Source: a virus (Duplodnaviria > Caudoviricetes). From it: a DNA stretch of 44,724 nt. The position numbers and the translations under genes were made by a program. The stretch spans positions 1 to 44,724 of the IMG/VR virus record IMGVR_UViG_3300048575_000518; one strand, 5' to 3'. Shown piece by piece: positions 25,783 to 35,409 of this stretch (its first letter is position 1; each line of letters opens with the position of its first letter). Under the pieces are notes generated by a model. The model did not search any database, was not told the DNA's origin, and saw only the letters and a program-made list of their open reading frames with translations.

Positions 25783-27885
25783 TTACTGACCGGCGTTGCG
25801 AGCAGCGCCGCGGAAGTCGACAACATCGATACCGTAATCGTGGCGAACCTTCCAGGAGATACCGTCGACATCCCATCCGTCTTTCGATTCGAGAACAGGG
25901 TTTTCCTGACCATCGAGGAACGAAACGACGATGACGGGCACGACTGACGGATCGGCGAATCCGTACCACGCTTTGCCCGTCAGGCGAGCCGTGCCAACGA
26001 TATCGCTGAACATGTTCTGAACCTGGTTCGGCTTCTGAAGCTTGTTAGCGGTATCTGGATCGTACTGAGCACCGTTGACGACTTTCGCCGTAGCGGCAGC
26101 CGCTTTCGGGCCAAGGAAGATGCTCGGGCTGATATCAAGAACCTCCTTATTGGTATCAAGCTGGCTGCTCATCGCAGCATCGAGAGCGCCGAAGGTCTCA
26201 ACAGACGGAGCGCCGGCCGGCGTAATGATGTTTTTGTGGTCAGCATGGAAGAGCGTCTTACCGTCTGCCAGAGCAGGTCCAAGACCAGCATTCTCACCGA
26301 GAAGATCGTAGACATCGAGTTCGATCGAAAGGCCTGATGCACGGCCAAGCATCGGACCGAGCTGGCTAAATACGCCCATATCATCGTTAACGACCATCTT
26401 ACGAGAGATGTTGACGAGGTTACCGACCGTATCGGCTTCGATAGATGCCTTGGTCGCATCGCTAAGAGTTTTCTTTTTAAACTCTCCAAGTTCGCTTAGT
26501 CGGTCGAGACGCCCCAGCGATCCAATCCGATAAAAGTTATGAGGCCTGAAATCAGAGACCGTAGTCTTCCAAGAGAAACGGCGCCATGTATCGGCCTGAG
26601 TTGCGTACGATGCCAACATGACCTTATGCATCGCCTCCTCGAGAAGGACCGGGAAATCCGATGCGACCATGCCAGCTGCCGAACGGCCAGTGAATGCCAT
26701 GCCGACAACGGTCATCTTATCGGTACCACGCACGCGAACTCCGGCACGCTCAAGGGACTCACGAGCCATGTCGTATAGAGACATGCCGCGCATGTCAGCC
26801 GGATCGAGTTTGCGCCCGAGATGCTTCTCGACCTGCGCCGAAATACCCGCGCGAACCATGAGCCAATCGCCAGCGGCGCGAAGCCACCGCTCGCGACCAT
26901 CGGTTCCAACCGTGACGCTCGGGTTATGAGCGCGAATTTCGGTTGCATTGCTGGGATTCTCAGCCATCTTTGCAAAGATATCGGCGCGAGCCTGGTTGAT
27001 ATCAACGCCCTTCTCGATCAGCTCTTCGGCGAAAGCATCGCCAAGGCGCGCGGCGCGAACCGCATCTCGAATCGCTTTAGCGCGGGCACGCTCAGCTTGT
27101 GCGCCAGCCTTCTCGCCCTCAGCGCGCACGGCGCCATTATCGGGCGCGAGCAGCGCAGGTGTCGGCGGCGCGGCGGCCGCGGCCGGAGTCGGCACAGCTC
27201 CGCCACCACCAGTATTGTCGCCAGCCTTATCCATCAGCATTTTTCTAAAAAGTCTCGGATTCATTTCATTTTCCCCTTCATCGGATAGGTTTCTAAATAG
27301 AACTTCACATTCGTTCATCAAGTCAGACCGATCAGATTCGGTCTCGCCATCGACAGATCTGACCCCGGCATCTGGATCGGCGCCCACCGGGACAAGGCTG
27401 AATTCAATCGGCTCCCAGTCGATCGCCAAGAGAGTCGGCAGCCGAGCATCATCTCCTTGAGTGATGTCTTGGTATTTGTAGACGCGGTACCCGATCGAGC
27501 CGTTTCGATAGATCCGATCAACGATGTCCTGGAAGATATCCTCGACCGATTCGCGCTTACTGAACCGGACAAGTCCCTTCATCTTTTCGCCATCGAGCCA
27601 TGTCTTCTCGACGATGCCGATCTGATCGCGAATTCGAATTCGCCAATGGCAATCGAGCGTCGGAAGCCCGTTTTCAGCACGGCCCCACCGGATATGCTCG
27701 CTCTTCATCGAAAGAACTTCGACGAACTCACCGACATCCCAACCGAACATCCGCACGGGATTCGAAGTCGTCAGGACCATCTCGACGGTACGCTGCTCGA
27801 CGTTGATCGTTTCAGGCAAAAACCTGAACTCGACATCGAGCTTCGGAATCAGATAGGTCCTGATATTCTTCTTAGCCTTCGGCAT
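25783..27885 (-). CDS. Prohead protease-major capsid fusion
   Basis: N-terminal HK97-type protease (LDCH, GSIGY, WEPIEFSLVPVGAD), Ala/Pro linker, capsid (SDFP...DFRP...ISRKMVVNDD...VRHDYG...DFRG). Confidence 0.9.
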   Translation of the reverse strand: MPKAKKNIRTYLIPKLDVEFRFLPETINVEQRTVEMVLTTSNPVRMFGWDVGEFVEVLSMKSEHIRWGRAENGLPTLDCHWRIRIRDQIGIVEKTWLDGEKMKGLVRFSKRESVEDIFQDIVDRIYRNGSIGYRVYKYQDITQGDDARLPTLLAIDWEPIEFSLVPVGADPDAGVRSVDGETESDRSDLMNECEVLFRNLSDEGENEMNPRLFRKMLMDKAGDNTGGGGAVPTPAAAAAPPTPALLAPDNGAVRAEGEKAGAQAERARAKAIRDAVRAARLGDAFAEELIEKGVDINQARADIFAKMAENPSNATEIRAHNPSVTVGTDGRERWLRAAGDWLMVRAGISAQVEKHLGRKLDPADMRGMSLYDMARESLERAGVRVRGTDKMTVVGMAFTGRSAAGMVASDFPVLLEEAMHKVMLASYATQADTWRRFSWKTTVSDFRPHNFYRIGSLGRLDRLSELGEFKKKTLSDATKASIEADTVGNLVNISRKMVVNDDMGVFSQLGPMLGRASGLSIELDVYDLLGENAGLGPALADGKTLFHADHKNIITPAGAPSVETFGALDAAMSSQLDTNKEVLDISPSIFLGPKAAAATAKVVNGAQYDPDTANKLQKPNQVQNMFSDIVGTARLTGKAWYGFADPSVVPVIVVSFLDGQENPVLESKDGWDVDGISWKVRHDYGIDVVDFRGAARNAGQ

Positions 27886-29413
27886 TGCCGTCTCCCTGCT
27901 GCCCGTATTGGGGCTGGTTCATACCGAACTGAGTTACGTGGCGCGGGTCCGAATCGAGCACGAGACCAAGCTTGTCGATCATCTCTTGCGATTTCTTCGC
28001 CTCAGCGAGAACCTCTTCTGGCTCATAGCCAAGTTGCCGAATCGCCTCGAACAAACTCATGAAACCCATTCGAACTGCATACCCGAGCGCCTTATATTCT
28101 TTGTCCGGGTCAACTATTTCTCGCCGCGGAGGCACCCAACCGGAAGTGACGCCAGCGGTTTTCTCCCCGGCAAGTTCAGCCGCTTGAAGAAACCAGCTGA
28201 AAGTCGGACGATTCATGCGAGGGATAATCGTGATCCATTGATAAAGATCGAGATTGCGACCGAACGCGCGCCACACGATCCGCCCGCCTGAATAGCTGAG
28301 ATCCGAGTAGTCACCGGTCAAAAGAACGACCGGCACTTGATAAGCGCGTGAAATACCCTGCAGCGTGATCTCGGAGAAATCTTTATACCCAGCAACTGAC
28401 GGCGGCGTGACTACCTTGATATCCTGTCCGTTGCGAAGCTTGTTGACTCCGGCGGGCATGAGATCGGTCGGAATATCTTCGTCATCTTCGCCGCCATCTT
28501 CATCATTATCTCCAACGCTGGCGTCGTTCGGGCCCTCGACAATGAAGACACTAAGGCAGGCCGCAATCTTCTGCATATTCATGTAGGCGTCCTGCGCTTC
28601 GTCGAAGTCGCGAAGACGAATGATTGCGGAAGCGCCACGCGGGATACCGCGCACCTGGCCCACGCGCTCAACGAAGTAGAGATGAATAATCTCTGACGCC
28701 GGAACGAAAACCGACGGCTTGAAAGTTGAGTAGATGCTCAGCGCGCCAGGGTGTTCGGGAAAAATCCAGTAGCCACGCCGACGACCGAGAAGATCGAAAG
28801 CCACTCCCTGAACGGTTGGCCCATCCGGAGTGACTTCGTTTTTCGATGTGTCGAGATGATCAGGCTCAAGCACCTGAAGCTGAAGCGGAACGGGCAAGCC
28901 GTCCGAAAGCTTGCGCCAACGGCGTCGGATCAACACTTCACCAGATTCGAACATGCAGCGCGCAGCCATGACTTGCAGGCCATAGAAATCATGAAGCCCG
29001 TCAGAATCGCACGCCGTTGTCTCAGCCCACTCCATCCAAAGACCGCGAAACTTTTCTTCTCGCTTCTTATCCGGGCCCTTGATCTTCGCAAGAATCCCAG
29101 TGCCGATCGTGTTTGTCGTCAGCTCATTGACCGCGTTACCAGCATACGGCTGATTGCGCACGAGATCGCGATGACGAGCGCGAAGAATCGGGAGACCTTG
29201 AGCGAGCTCCACATTTGCCGACGCGTTGGAGGTTTTCCAACCCGACGTGCGCGGGCTTTTACTCGCGCCCTCGTAGGCCCGTGCTCTACTGCGGCGAACG
29301 CTTCGCACAGCGGGTGTAGCCGCCTGCGCCGCCCGACTTTTTACCGCGAGCGCAGATCGCCCTTCGCTCGCTGACCTTTTCTTCGGAGTCAATGCAGCCG
29401 AACGCTTCTTCAC
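27872..29413 (-). CDS. Portal protein, lambda family
   Basis: LRARHRDLVRN, IGTGI, LQLQVLEPDHL, RVGQVRG, LTGDYS, VDPDKE. Confidence 0.92.
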   Translation of the reverse strand: MKKRSAALTPKKRSASEGRSALAVKSRAAQAATPAVRSVRRSRARAYEGASKSPRTSGWKTSNASANVELAQGLPILRARHRDLVRNQPYAGNAVNELTTNTIGTGILAKIKGPDKKREEKFRGLWMEWAETTACDSDGLHDFYGLQVMAARCMFESGEVLIRRRWRKLSDGLPVPLQLQVLEPDHLDTSKNEVTPDGPTVQGVAFDLLGRRRGYWIFPEHPGALSIYSTFKPSVFVPASEIIHLYFVERVGQVRGIPRGASAIIRLRDFDEAQDAYMNMQKIAACLSVFIVEGPNDASVGDNDEDGGEDDEDIPTDLMPAGVNKLRNGQDIKVVTPPSVAGYKDFSEITLQGISRAYQVPVVLLTGDYSDLSYSGGRIVWRAFGRNLDLYQWITIIPRMNRPTFSWFLQAAELAGEKTAGVTSGWVPPRREIVDPDKEYKALGYAVRMGFMSLFEAIRQLGYEPEEVLAEAKKSQEMIDKLGLVLDSDPRHVTQFGMNQPQYGQQGDGNAEG

Positions 29414-29611
29414 TCATAAGCCCTTCGAAAACCGAGGATAGAAGCGATTCTTCTTTTTAGTGCGACCGAGCTCTTTAAGTATCAGTCGGCGCGTCGCCAT
29501 CATTTCAGCGAGACCGCGAAGCTTGACTGAGTTTTCCTTAAAGCGAATCTCCTCAGCTCCTGATTTGATTGCCTTATCAAGCGAATCGAGGTCAGCTTGA
29601 GTCCACGCCAT
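29414..29611 (-). CDS. Head completion protein gpW-like
   Basis: MAWTQADLDSLDKAIKSG; between terminase and portal. Confidence 0.8.
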   Translation of the reverse strand: MAWTQADLDSLDKAIKSGAEEIRFKENSVKLRGLAEMMATRRLILKELGRTKKKNRFYPRFSKGL

Positions 29612-31525
29612 CTATCGTCTCCGCGCCCAGTAATCAGATCGCTCTTTTGGTTTCCTATCCTTTCTTTTATCGCTCTGGGAATTTACGGCGGAAGTAGCGG
29701 CGGGAGCGGGCGCTTGAGATGAATTGAAATGCACCTTGTCCCAGTCCTCGTCCTGCATCCGATCGATGCCAACGAGATGCGCTAACGCTCGGTTATAAAC
29801 CGCAAGGTCAAGGATCTCGTTTCTCTCGTGATGCTTTTTCCAAACCCAGTGGTTATAACCGCGCTTATCGCGATCGAGTTCGATGTGCTCGGAAACGAGC
29901 TGCTTGAAATACTCCTCCTCGTATTCCGGAAAGTGGTAATAGCCATGAGGAAACGGCTGGCCATCAAGTGGCTTCTCGATGCGCAGGAATCCCATGATTT
30001 CGTCTTTAATCATATTAGTGCCAACGAGCCAAACTCGAAGGCTTCGCTTGAGCTTCTGCCCGCGCACGTTCACGTCAACTTTGTTCCCAGCCACAGCCAT
30101 CTGCTGAAGGCTATCTCGGCCTTTAAGTGCGAACACACGATGCGGCGGATAGCGCCTCACGAAATTGTAAACTCGCTGAGTCAGTGCGCCGGAGTCGACG
30201 CCGAAGACTCGAGTTGCGATCGTTGAACCATCTGGCCGCATCCACTGCCTTGCAATGAGTTCATCAAGGCGATTCCATGGCTCATCAGAAAGAGCGGGAT
30301 TGCCAGGAATGATCTCCTTGTAAACTGACCACACGCGACGGCCGCGGGTCCAAAACCTAAATTCAACCTCGATGCGATCGCCCTGCACGTCCGCTGCGCC
30401 GGTAACGAATCCAACTTCGTTTGGTACCGTTCCGATCGTGTATGTCTCGCGGCGATCGTAAAGGCGCTTCCAGTCAGGAATGTCTCCGTCCTTCCGCTCC
30501 CAAACCCATCCGAGAGAAGTGTTGATCCAAACTTTCAATGACTCCGGATAGTCCTTAACCTTCAGGAAATCAGAGACGATCTCTGACCATCGGCGCCACG
30601 GCGAGTACGCCTCCCAAATATGATAGCCACGGATATTTCCTGCCGGATTCGTCGGGACCCAAACGCCGATCTCCATCATGGAGAACTTCGACGACTCGTC
30701 GATGCGCTCGCCGCATTCAACGCAGATCATGTGAGCCGTTTTCGGATCATCATTGTCCCATCGCATGACCTGAGTACCGTCATCAGTTTTCCACTGAAAG
30801 CGGATAAGCTTCGCGCAGTGCGGGCACGGCATCATGTAGTAGCGCTGATCGCTTTGAAGCCAAAGCTTATAGATACGCGATGTCTTCTTCTCAGTGGGAG
30901 TCGAGAAGTAAAAGATCTTGCGGCCGCGGAAGTTGTTCGTTCTCTTCTTTGCGAGTTCGCACGGATCGCCTTCGGACGTGGCCTCGATCATTCGATCGAT
31001 TTCATCCATGAAGAGCTTCTTGATACTATCTGACGCAAGCGATGCCGGTGCGTTAGCTCCGCAAAGCTTCAAAAATCCACCGACGAATTTTTTGAAGAGA
31101 ATCGAATTGAAACTATCTTTTGATCTGACCGGAGCGAACTTGCTCTTGAGGGATGGCGTATCGCGAATCATCGTCGCAATACGCTTTTTTGAATATCCTT
31201 CAGCATCTTCAATCCGAGGCTGAACGATCATGATCGGGCACGGTTCGATGTCTACCGTTTTGCCAACCATGTTATTCATCGACTCTGATTTCGAAACCTG
31301 AGCCGACGCCATGAACATGATCTCTTCAAGTAAAGGATCATCATTGCAGTCCATGATTTCGCGCATGTACGGAACACGCGAAGTCTTCCACCTGCCAGGC
31401 TCAGGGCTCTCAGCCGGCAACCATCGCCGACGATCAGACCATTCAGATGTCTTCAGCTTCGGAGGCGGACGAAGCTTCTTCATAATCTTCGTCGTCACTT
31501 CCTTCAGCGGACTTGTCGTCGTCAT
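29612..31525 (-). CDS. Terminase large subunit, GpA family
   Basis: SAQVSKSE Walker A variant, FMDEID, EGDP, STPT, CPHC/CVEC, ADVQ, VDSG, RNEILD; start 31525 or 31567. Confidence 0.95.
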   Translation of the reverse strand: MTTTSPLKEVTTKIMKKLRPPPKLKTSEWSDRRRWLPAESPEPGRWKTSRVPYMREIMDCNDDPLLEEIMFMASAQVSKSESMNNMVGKTVDIEPCPIMIVQPRIEDAEGYSKKRIATMIRDTPSLKSKFAPVRSKDSFNSILFKKFVGGFLKLCGANAPASLASDSIKKLFMDEIDRMIEATSEGDPCELAKKRTNNFRGRKIFYFSTPTEKKTSRIYKLWLQSDQRYYMMPCPHCAKLIRFQWKTDDGTQVMRWDNDDPKTAHMICVECGERIDESSKFSMMEIGVWVPTNPAGNIRGYHIWEAYSPWRRWSEIVSDFLKVKDYPESLKVWINTSLGWVWERKDGDIPDWKRLYDRRETYTIGTVPNEVGFVTGAADVQGDRIEVEFRFWTRGRRVWSVYKEIIPGNPALSDEPWNRLDELIARQWMRPDGSTIATRVFGVDSGALTQRVYNFVRRYPPHRVFALKGRDSLQQMAVAGNKVDVNVRGQKLKRSLRVWLVGTNMIKDEIMGFLRIEKPLDGQPFPHGYYHFPEYEEEYFKQLVSEHIELDRDKRGYNHWVWKKHHERNEILDLAVYNRALAHLVGIDRMQDEDWDKVHFNSSQAPAPAATSAVNSQSDKRKDRKPKERSDYWARRR

Positions 31526-32003
31526 CGCCTGCCATTTCGGTGAGAGCTTCGTCGTGTGCTTGACCAAGAAGACGCTCGATCTCGTCTACAGTTTTGCCAA
31601 CGAGTAGAGGAGATAGAGTCGTGGCGATCGTGCGAAGGCGCGCCTTGAAGCCAAGGATTCTATTCGAGAGCCATGTCTCGACATCGAGCTTCGGAAGATA
31701 TGCCCCCTTCTTCACCTCGAGATCGAATGCAAGGTGATCGGCCTTGTATTTCGTCAGCCGCGCTTGCTGATATCGACCGTCGATCTTACCGGAAGATTCG
31801 CCTTCACCTTCCTCGCCCTCATCTTCATCTCCCCCGTAAATCAATCCGAGCGCATCGATCGAGTTGTAAAGAAGCGTGCGCCCGTCTTGGTCTTCGGGGT
31901 CCAGGCCGCGGAGCTTCTTTTTCAGCGAGCGATACCCGACGCCGGTGAGTTCGGAGAGCTGATTGAGCGAGAGTGGTGAAAGCGGCTGCTTATGCGTTGG
32001 CAT
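31443..32003 (-). CDS. Terminase small subunit (Nu1-like)
   Basis: N-terminal winged HTH (SLNQLSELTGV), ARL-x-x-x-KAD coiled coil; overlaps the large subunit. Confidence 0.85.
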   Translation of the reverse strand: MPTHKQPLSPLSLNQLSELTGVGYRSLKKKLRGLDPEDQDGRTLLYNSIDALGLIYGGDEDEGEEGEGESSGKIDGRYQQARLTKYKADHLAFDLEVKKGAYLPKLDVETWLSNRILGFKARLRTIATTLSPLLVGKTVDEIERLLGQAHDEALTEMAGDDDDKSAEGSDDEDYEEASSASEAEDI

Positions 32004-32271
32004 CTCGCTTCACCTCTCCAGGCCAGATCCAGCGCATGCGCTCACTCGGCTTTTCCATGATTGGCAAATAGATGTCGGAGCTATCGATCTCTTTCCACTC
32101 CCAGTTCTTGTACTCCTCGACGATGATCGTTCTCCACATCGCATATCGAACGCGATAGCGGCGCGGATCAGATTTGACGAGGGCGCGCGCCATTCTCCAA
32201 AAACGCACACGGCGCTTGTCCTTTTCGCCAAGGATGAGTCCAGTTTGACTTGACAACTCTTCGCCACGCAT
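31990..32271 (-). CDS. Hypothetical Trp-rich basic protein between cos and terS
   Basis: ATG behind GGAG; overlaps terS start. Confidence 0.5.
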   Translation of the reverse strand: MRGEELSSQTGLILGEKDKRRVRFWRMARALVKSDPRRYRVRYAMWRTIIVEEYKNWEWKEIDSSDIYLPIMEKPSERMRWIWPGEVKRDANA

Positions 32272-32346
32272 ACCAACTCCAGCGCTCGCATAGCGCGCTC
32301 CGAACTATTGCTGCTGCCCTAAGGGGCCGAAAACTCTAGATGAAGA

Positions 32347-32393
32347 CTGCGCTGCGCCCCACCCGTATTGTCCCAATCGCCTCAAAAGAACCT
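32347..32393 (-). other. Lambda-type cos site (cosQ plus cosN)
   Basis: Minus strand AGGTTCT, 23 nt ending TACG, 12-mer GGTGGGGCGCAG, CGCAG; same layout as lambda GGGTCCT-N23-GGGCGGCGACCT-CGCGG. Confidence 0.7.
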
Positions 32394-32417
32394 AGGCCAT
32401 ACCCCCCCTATGGCGCG

Positions 32418-32993
32418 CTACTTGCCTACCAAGTCGGCCTTTTCGATCTCCATTTTCAGCTGCTCTTCAAAGTGGCGCTGATATGTGTTGCGGGCATGCT
32501 GGTGCATCGCCGTCATGTTCTCCGATGATCCGAATAGCTCTGCGAATTTGACCGTGAACTGCTCTTTGATCGGAAGTCGTGGCCCGCCTTTGCGCTTGAA
32601 TATCCCTTCGTGACCGGATCTCATCGTCGCGACAAATCCACCCGGAACGAGTTCGCGTTTACCGGCGATTGAGATACTCACACCGAGCCGCAACCCTCGC
32701 CTGGTCTGAATCTCGCGGATCTGAGGGTCGAAATGAATGAGAGAGATTCCCTGCGTGAGCATGCGGAGGATTGATGCCGTGCTGGTCTGGCGAGCCCTCA
32801 TCGTTACGCGAATACCCTTCGACAAGATGCTCGGCTTCACGCCGCTTGCCGCTGATACATTCTTGATCGCAACCTTACGCACCTCGGCCATCGTGAGATT
32901 GATGGCTCGAACGCCAGCCGCTCTTAACGCACGGACTCCGGCCTGCTTTCCAAGACCTTGCAGTCTCTTGCCGTCAACCTGCACCTTAATCAT
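32418..32993 (-). CDS. Minor tail protein gpZ-like
   Basis: RAIN...GGFVATMRSGHEGIFKRKG...RLPIKE; ATGA-coupled start. Confidence 0.75.
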   Translation of the reverse strand: MIKVQVDGKRLQGLGKQAGVRALRAAGVRAINLTMAEVRKVAIKNVSAASGVKPSILSKGIRVTMRARQTSTASILRMLTQGISLIHFDPQIREIQTRRGLRLGVSISIAGKRELVPGGFVATMRSGHEGIFKRKGGPRLPIKEQFTVKFAELFGSSENMTAMHQHARNTYQRHFEEQLKMEIEKADLVGK

Positions 32994-33973
32994 AAAGCCC
33001 ACTCCATTTGCAAATGGGCATCCATGCTTTCGCAACTTATTCTTGTCGCCGATCGCAACTCAATATCTGTCATACATGATTCATCGTCGGCATTATCGCA
33101 CGCCGGAAGATCGCACCCGCCATCGAGCTCCATCGCTGTCTGACGTTTTGCCCAATTGATCTGAAATACCTCGCGACGCTCGAAGTCCACAGGCTCATAA
33201 GTCCAGCCCTCACCCGTATCGACGGATGGAAGATCGAACGCGCACGACAGTCCTAGAGCAAAGATCACCTGCCTGCGCCAGCTCGAGTATTTGAGAGGGG
33301 GCCCATTGAATCCATCAAGGAAGTCCTGAAGGCGCTGACCAATCCGCTCACGACTTACGCCGAAGATATCGGTCAAAGTCGACATTGGTTCTTCACGAAA
33401 GAAATGACGAACGAGAATATGAAGACCATGGTCGCCTCGCGCCATCCGCGAGATGAGATCCCAATCGACGCCGTCAAACTCAATTTCTTCGAGTTGGATA
33501 CCGCCGATCTTGAGATCGAGAATCTTCTCGTGCGTCATCTCGTTTTCGTCGTTCGGCTTTGGAGATAGGCGAACGAATGGGGCACCGCCGTTGGCGTGTC
33601 TGAGAGATTTCTTTCTCTCCTCAAATCCCTTACCAACCCTGAGATACCCGATAAAAGCGCCCTTAATTAGCCGCTGGCAAAACGCCCTCCATCCCTCGGC
33701 GCGCATATGCTTGTGCTTTCTGAAAACACGAAACAACGCCTCTTGAGCCATCTCCTCCTGATGCTCGACGCTCTCATATCTTGCGATGCGCTGCTTATAA
33801 TACTCGATCTGTCGCTGCGCGTATTTAATCGCCTCATCAATCGTCGGAGGGCTCGTCGCCTTCTTCACTACCATAAAGAATCTCCCGCTGAGGAATTCAT
33901 CGCTCAGCGGGAGAAAAGCGGAAGCGCGGGAGATTTCAGACAGCGGTGTTGTCATCGTGTCGAGCCAATTCAT
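32990..33973 (-). CDS. Sigma-70-like transcription factor
   Basis: Region 2-like EEMAQEALFRV...GAFIGYLR; region 4-like TDIFGVSRERIGQRL. Confidence 0.65.
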   Translation of the reverse strand: MNWLDTMTTPLSEISRASAFLPLSDEFLSGRFFMVVKKATSPPTIDEAIKYAQRQIEYYKQRIARYESVEHQEEMAQEALFRVFRKHKHMRAEGWRAFCQRLIKGAFIGYLRVGKGFEERKKSLRHANGGAPFVRLSPKPNDENEMTHEKILDLKIGGIQLEEIEFDGVDWDLISRMARGDHGLHILVRHFFREEPMSTLTDIFGVSRERIGQRLQDFLDGFNGPPLKYSSWRRQVIFALGLSCAFDLPSVDTGEGWTYEPVDFERREVFQINWAKRQTAMELDGGCDLPACDNADDESCMTDIELRSATRISCESMDAHLQMEWAL

Positions 33974-33986
33974 CGCCGCCGAAATC

Positions 33987-34400
33987 TCAGTCGGAAGAGG
34001 CCAGGTCTAGCTCTGTAAATCGAGTGATCTCGATCTCGACCCGCGGATTCGAGCCAAATATCTTGCGACTCCCGTCGTGACCGTAAATGAGCTTGTCATT
34101 CTTGATAACGCCCATCTCCTGAAGAATATCCTCCGGCCCCTGGTAGAGATTCGATAAGTCCGCCTCGCTGCTGTGATTTAGGAAATAAAAGAGCATCTTG
34201 ATATTTACAGGAACGACGATTGTTCGCGCACCACGCATGGCTTGACGAATGTGCAGACTCGCCATCTCGGCCCAGTCCAGATAACGATCTGATGCCATCG
34301 TCACGGTCCTCTGTTTCGCGAAAGAATACCGCCGCTGCAAACTGTTCTTCTTGATCGCCACGCGCCCGGGGATTGTGCATTTGAAAAGGATTTCAGCCAT
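33987..34400 (-). CDS. rusA: RusA-family Holliday junction resolvase
   Basis: IPG...KKNS, ADLSNL...EDILQ...VIKNDK...NPRVEIEI. Confidence 0.85.
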   Translation of the reverse strand: MAEILFKCTIPGRVAIKKNSLQRRYSFAKQRTVTMASDRYLDWAEMASLHIRQAMRGARTIVVPVNIKMLFYFLNHSSEADLSNLYQGPEDILQEMGVIKNDKLIYGHDGSRKIFGSNPRVEIEITRFTELDLASSD

Positions 34401-34599
34401 TGCTGTACTCCAAGATCAAATAGGCAAGCAGAGCTACGGCCGTTGCAAACAAGACCGCCTGTGATGCGACTTGGCGCAGCTCAGTCATAAGATCTCGAAC
34501 AGCTAAAGATAAATTGTGTATCGCCTGGAAGAAATACCGAGGGTCTTTGTAATACCCGTGTTCGTCTTTTTTCATCTCATCGGCTTCGTGCTCGGTCAT
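34393..34599 (-). CDS. Small protein with C-terminal membrane helix
   Basis: ATGA-coupled to RNase H stop; hydrophobic C terminus. Confidence 0.55.
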   Translation of the reverse strand: MTEHEADEMKKDEHGYYKDPRYFFQAIHNLSLAVRDLMTELRQVASQAVLFATAVALLAYLILEYSNG

Positions 34600-35051
34600 C
34601 GCCCACCATCCTCGTTGAGCCGTGCAATTTCCTTCGTGCAAAGCTGATCAACACGCTCATTGCCAGCGATGCCGGCATGGCCTTTGATCCACTTGATGAC
34701 AACGCCAGGACTCGCGCGCTTGAGCTCCATCGCCTTCTTTACAAGATCGAGATTCATTACGGGCCTCTTGTCCGATTTTCTCCATCCGTTTCTCTCCCAT
34801 CGCGGCGCCCACTCGTTTAGCGTATTCACGCAGAGCTGAGAATCGCTCATGATCATGTCGCCCGGGATCGCGATCTCAAGCGCCGCGATGATCGCGGTCA
34901 TCTCCATGCGGTTGCATGTTGTGTCGCGCTCGCGGCCGACGATCTCGCGCAAGAACCCGGTCTCGCTATTCGCGATGAGGCAAGCCCACGCTCCGTTCTT
35001 CGTCGCGACGTCGCAGCCGCCATCGGTGTATATCGTTCGCTTCTCAATCAT
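34596..35051 (-). CDS. rnhA: Ribonuclease HI
   Basis: IYTDGG, TCNRMEM, SDSQ, W...GW...V-x-NLDL, WIKGHAG, NERVD: full DEDD set. Confidence 0.92.
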   Translation of the reverse strand: MIEKRTIYTDGGCDVATKNGAWACLIANSETGFLREIVGRERDTTCNRMEMTAIIAALEIAIPGDMIMSDSQLCVNTLNEWAPRWERNGWRKSDKRPVMNLDLVKKAMELKRASPGVVIKWIKGHAGIAGNERVDQLCTKEIARLNEDGGR

Positions 35052-35094
35052 AAAAAACTCCAATAGTTATGATACAGAGTTAATAAGGAATGCT

Positions 35095-35123
35095 TTGACG
35101 ATCGCTCTCGCGCCGTCGATAAT
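35095..35123 (+). promoter_or_regulatory. Sigma-70-type promoter facing against the operon
   Basis: TTGACG-N17-GATAAT. Confidence 0.55.
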
Positions 35124-35151
35124 TAATTCTCATTGGTAAGAAGACTTCCTT

Positions 35152-35174
35152 GGCCGCGTTGTTGCGGCCTTTTT
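35152..35174 (+). terminator. Intrinsic terminator
   Basis: GGCCGC-GTTGTT-GCGGCC-TTTTT. Confidence 0.65.
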
Positions 35175-35409
35175 ATTTCATCTCTCTGCCGAGTCGATTA
35201 AATGAAGTCAGCCTATCAATCTGGCGATCGTACACGTCTTGCTTGACGTATAAATGAGTGCGCGACTTGCTTAGAGCAAGAGCGGTTGCTGATTCTCTGA
35301 AGCACGTGCGCCCTAGTGATTTGCCCGCGATCGTAGTCACTTCCCACTCGCCGCTCGGCAATTCATGAATGAATAACTCAGGATTCTTTGTAACTCTAAT
35401 TCGAAACAT
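35173..35409 (-). CDS. Hypothetical protein
   Basis: ATG 35409 behind GGAGG. Confidence 0.55.
   Translation of the reverse strand: MFRIRVTKNPELFIHELPSGEWEVTTIAGKSLGRTCFRESATALALSKSRTHLYVKQDVYDRQIDRLTSFNRLGREMK

Noticed and set aside
23595-29374. Long plus-strand ORFs opposite tail and head genes
   Set aside because: Antisense shadows of well-supported genes, with no motifs or RBS.
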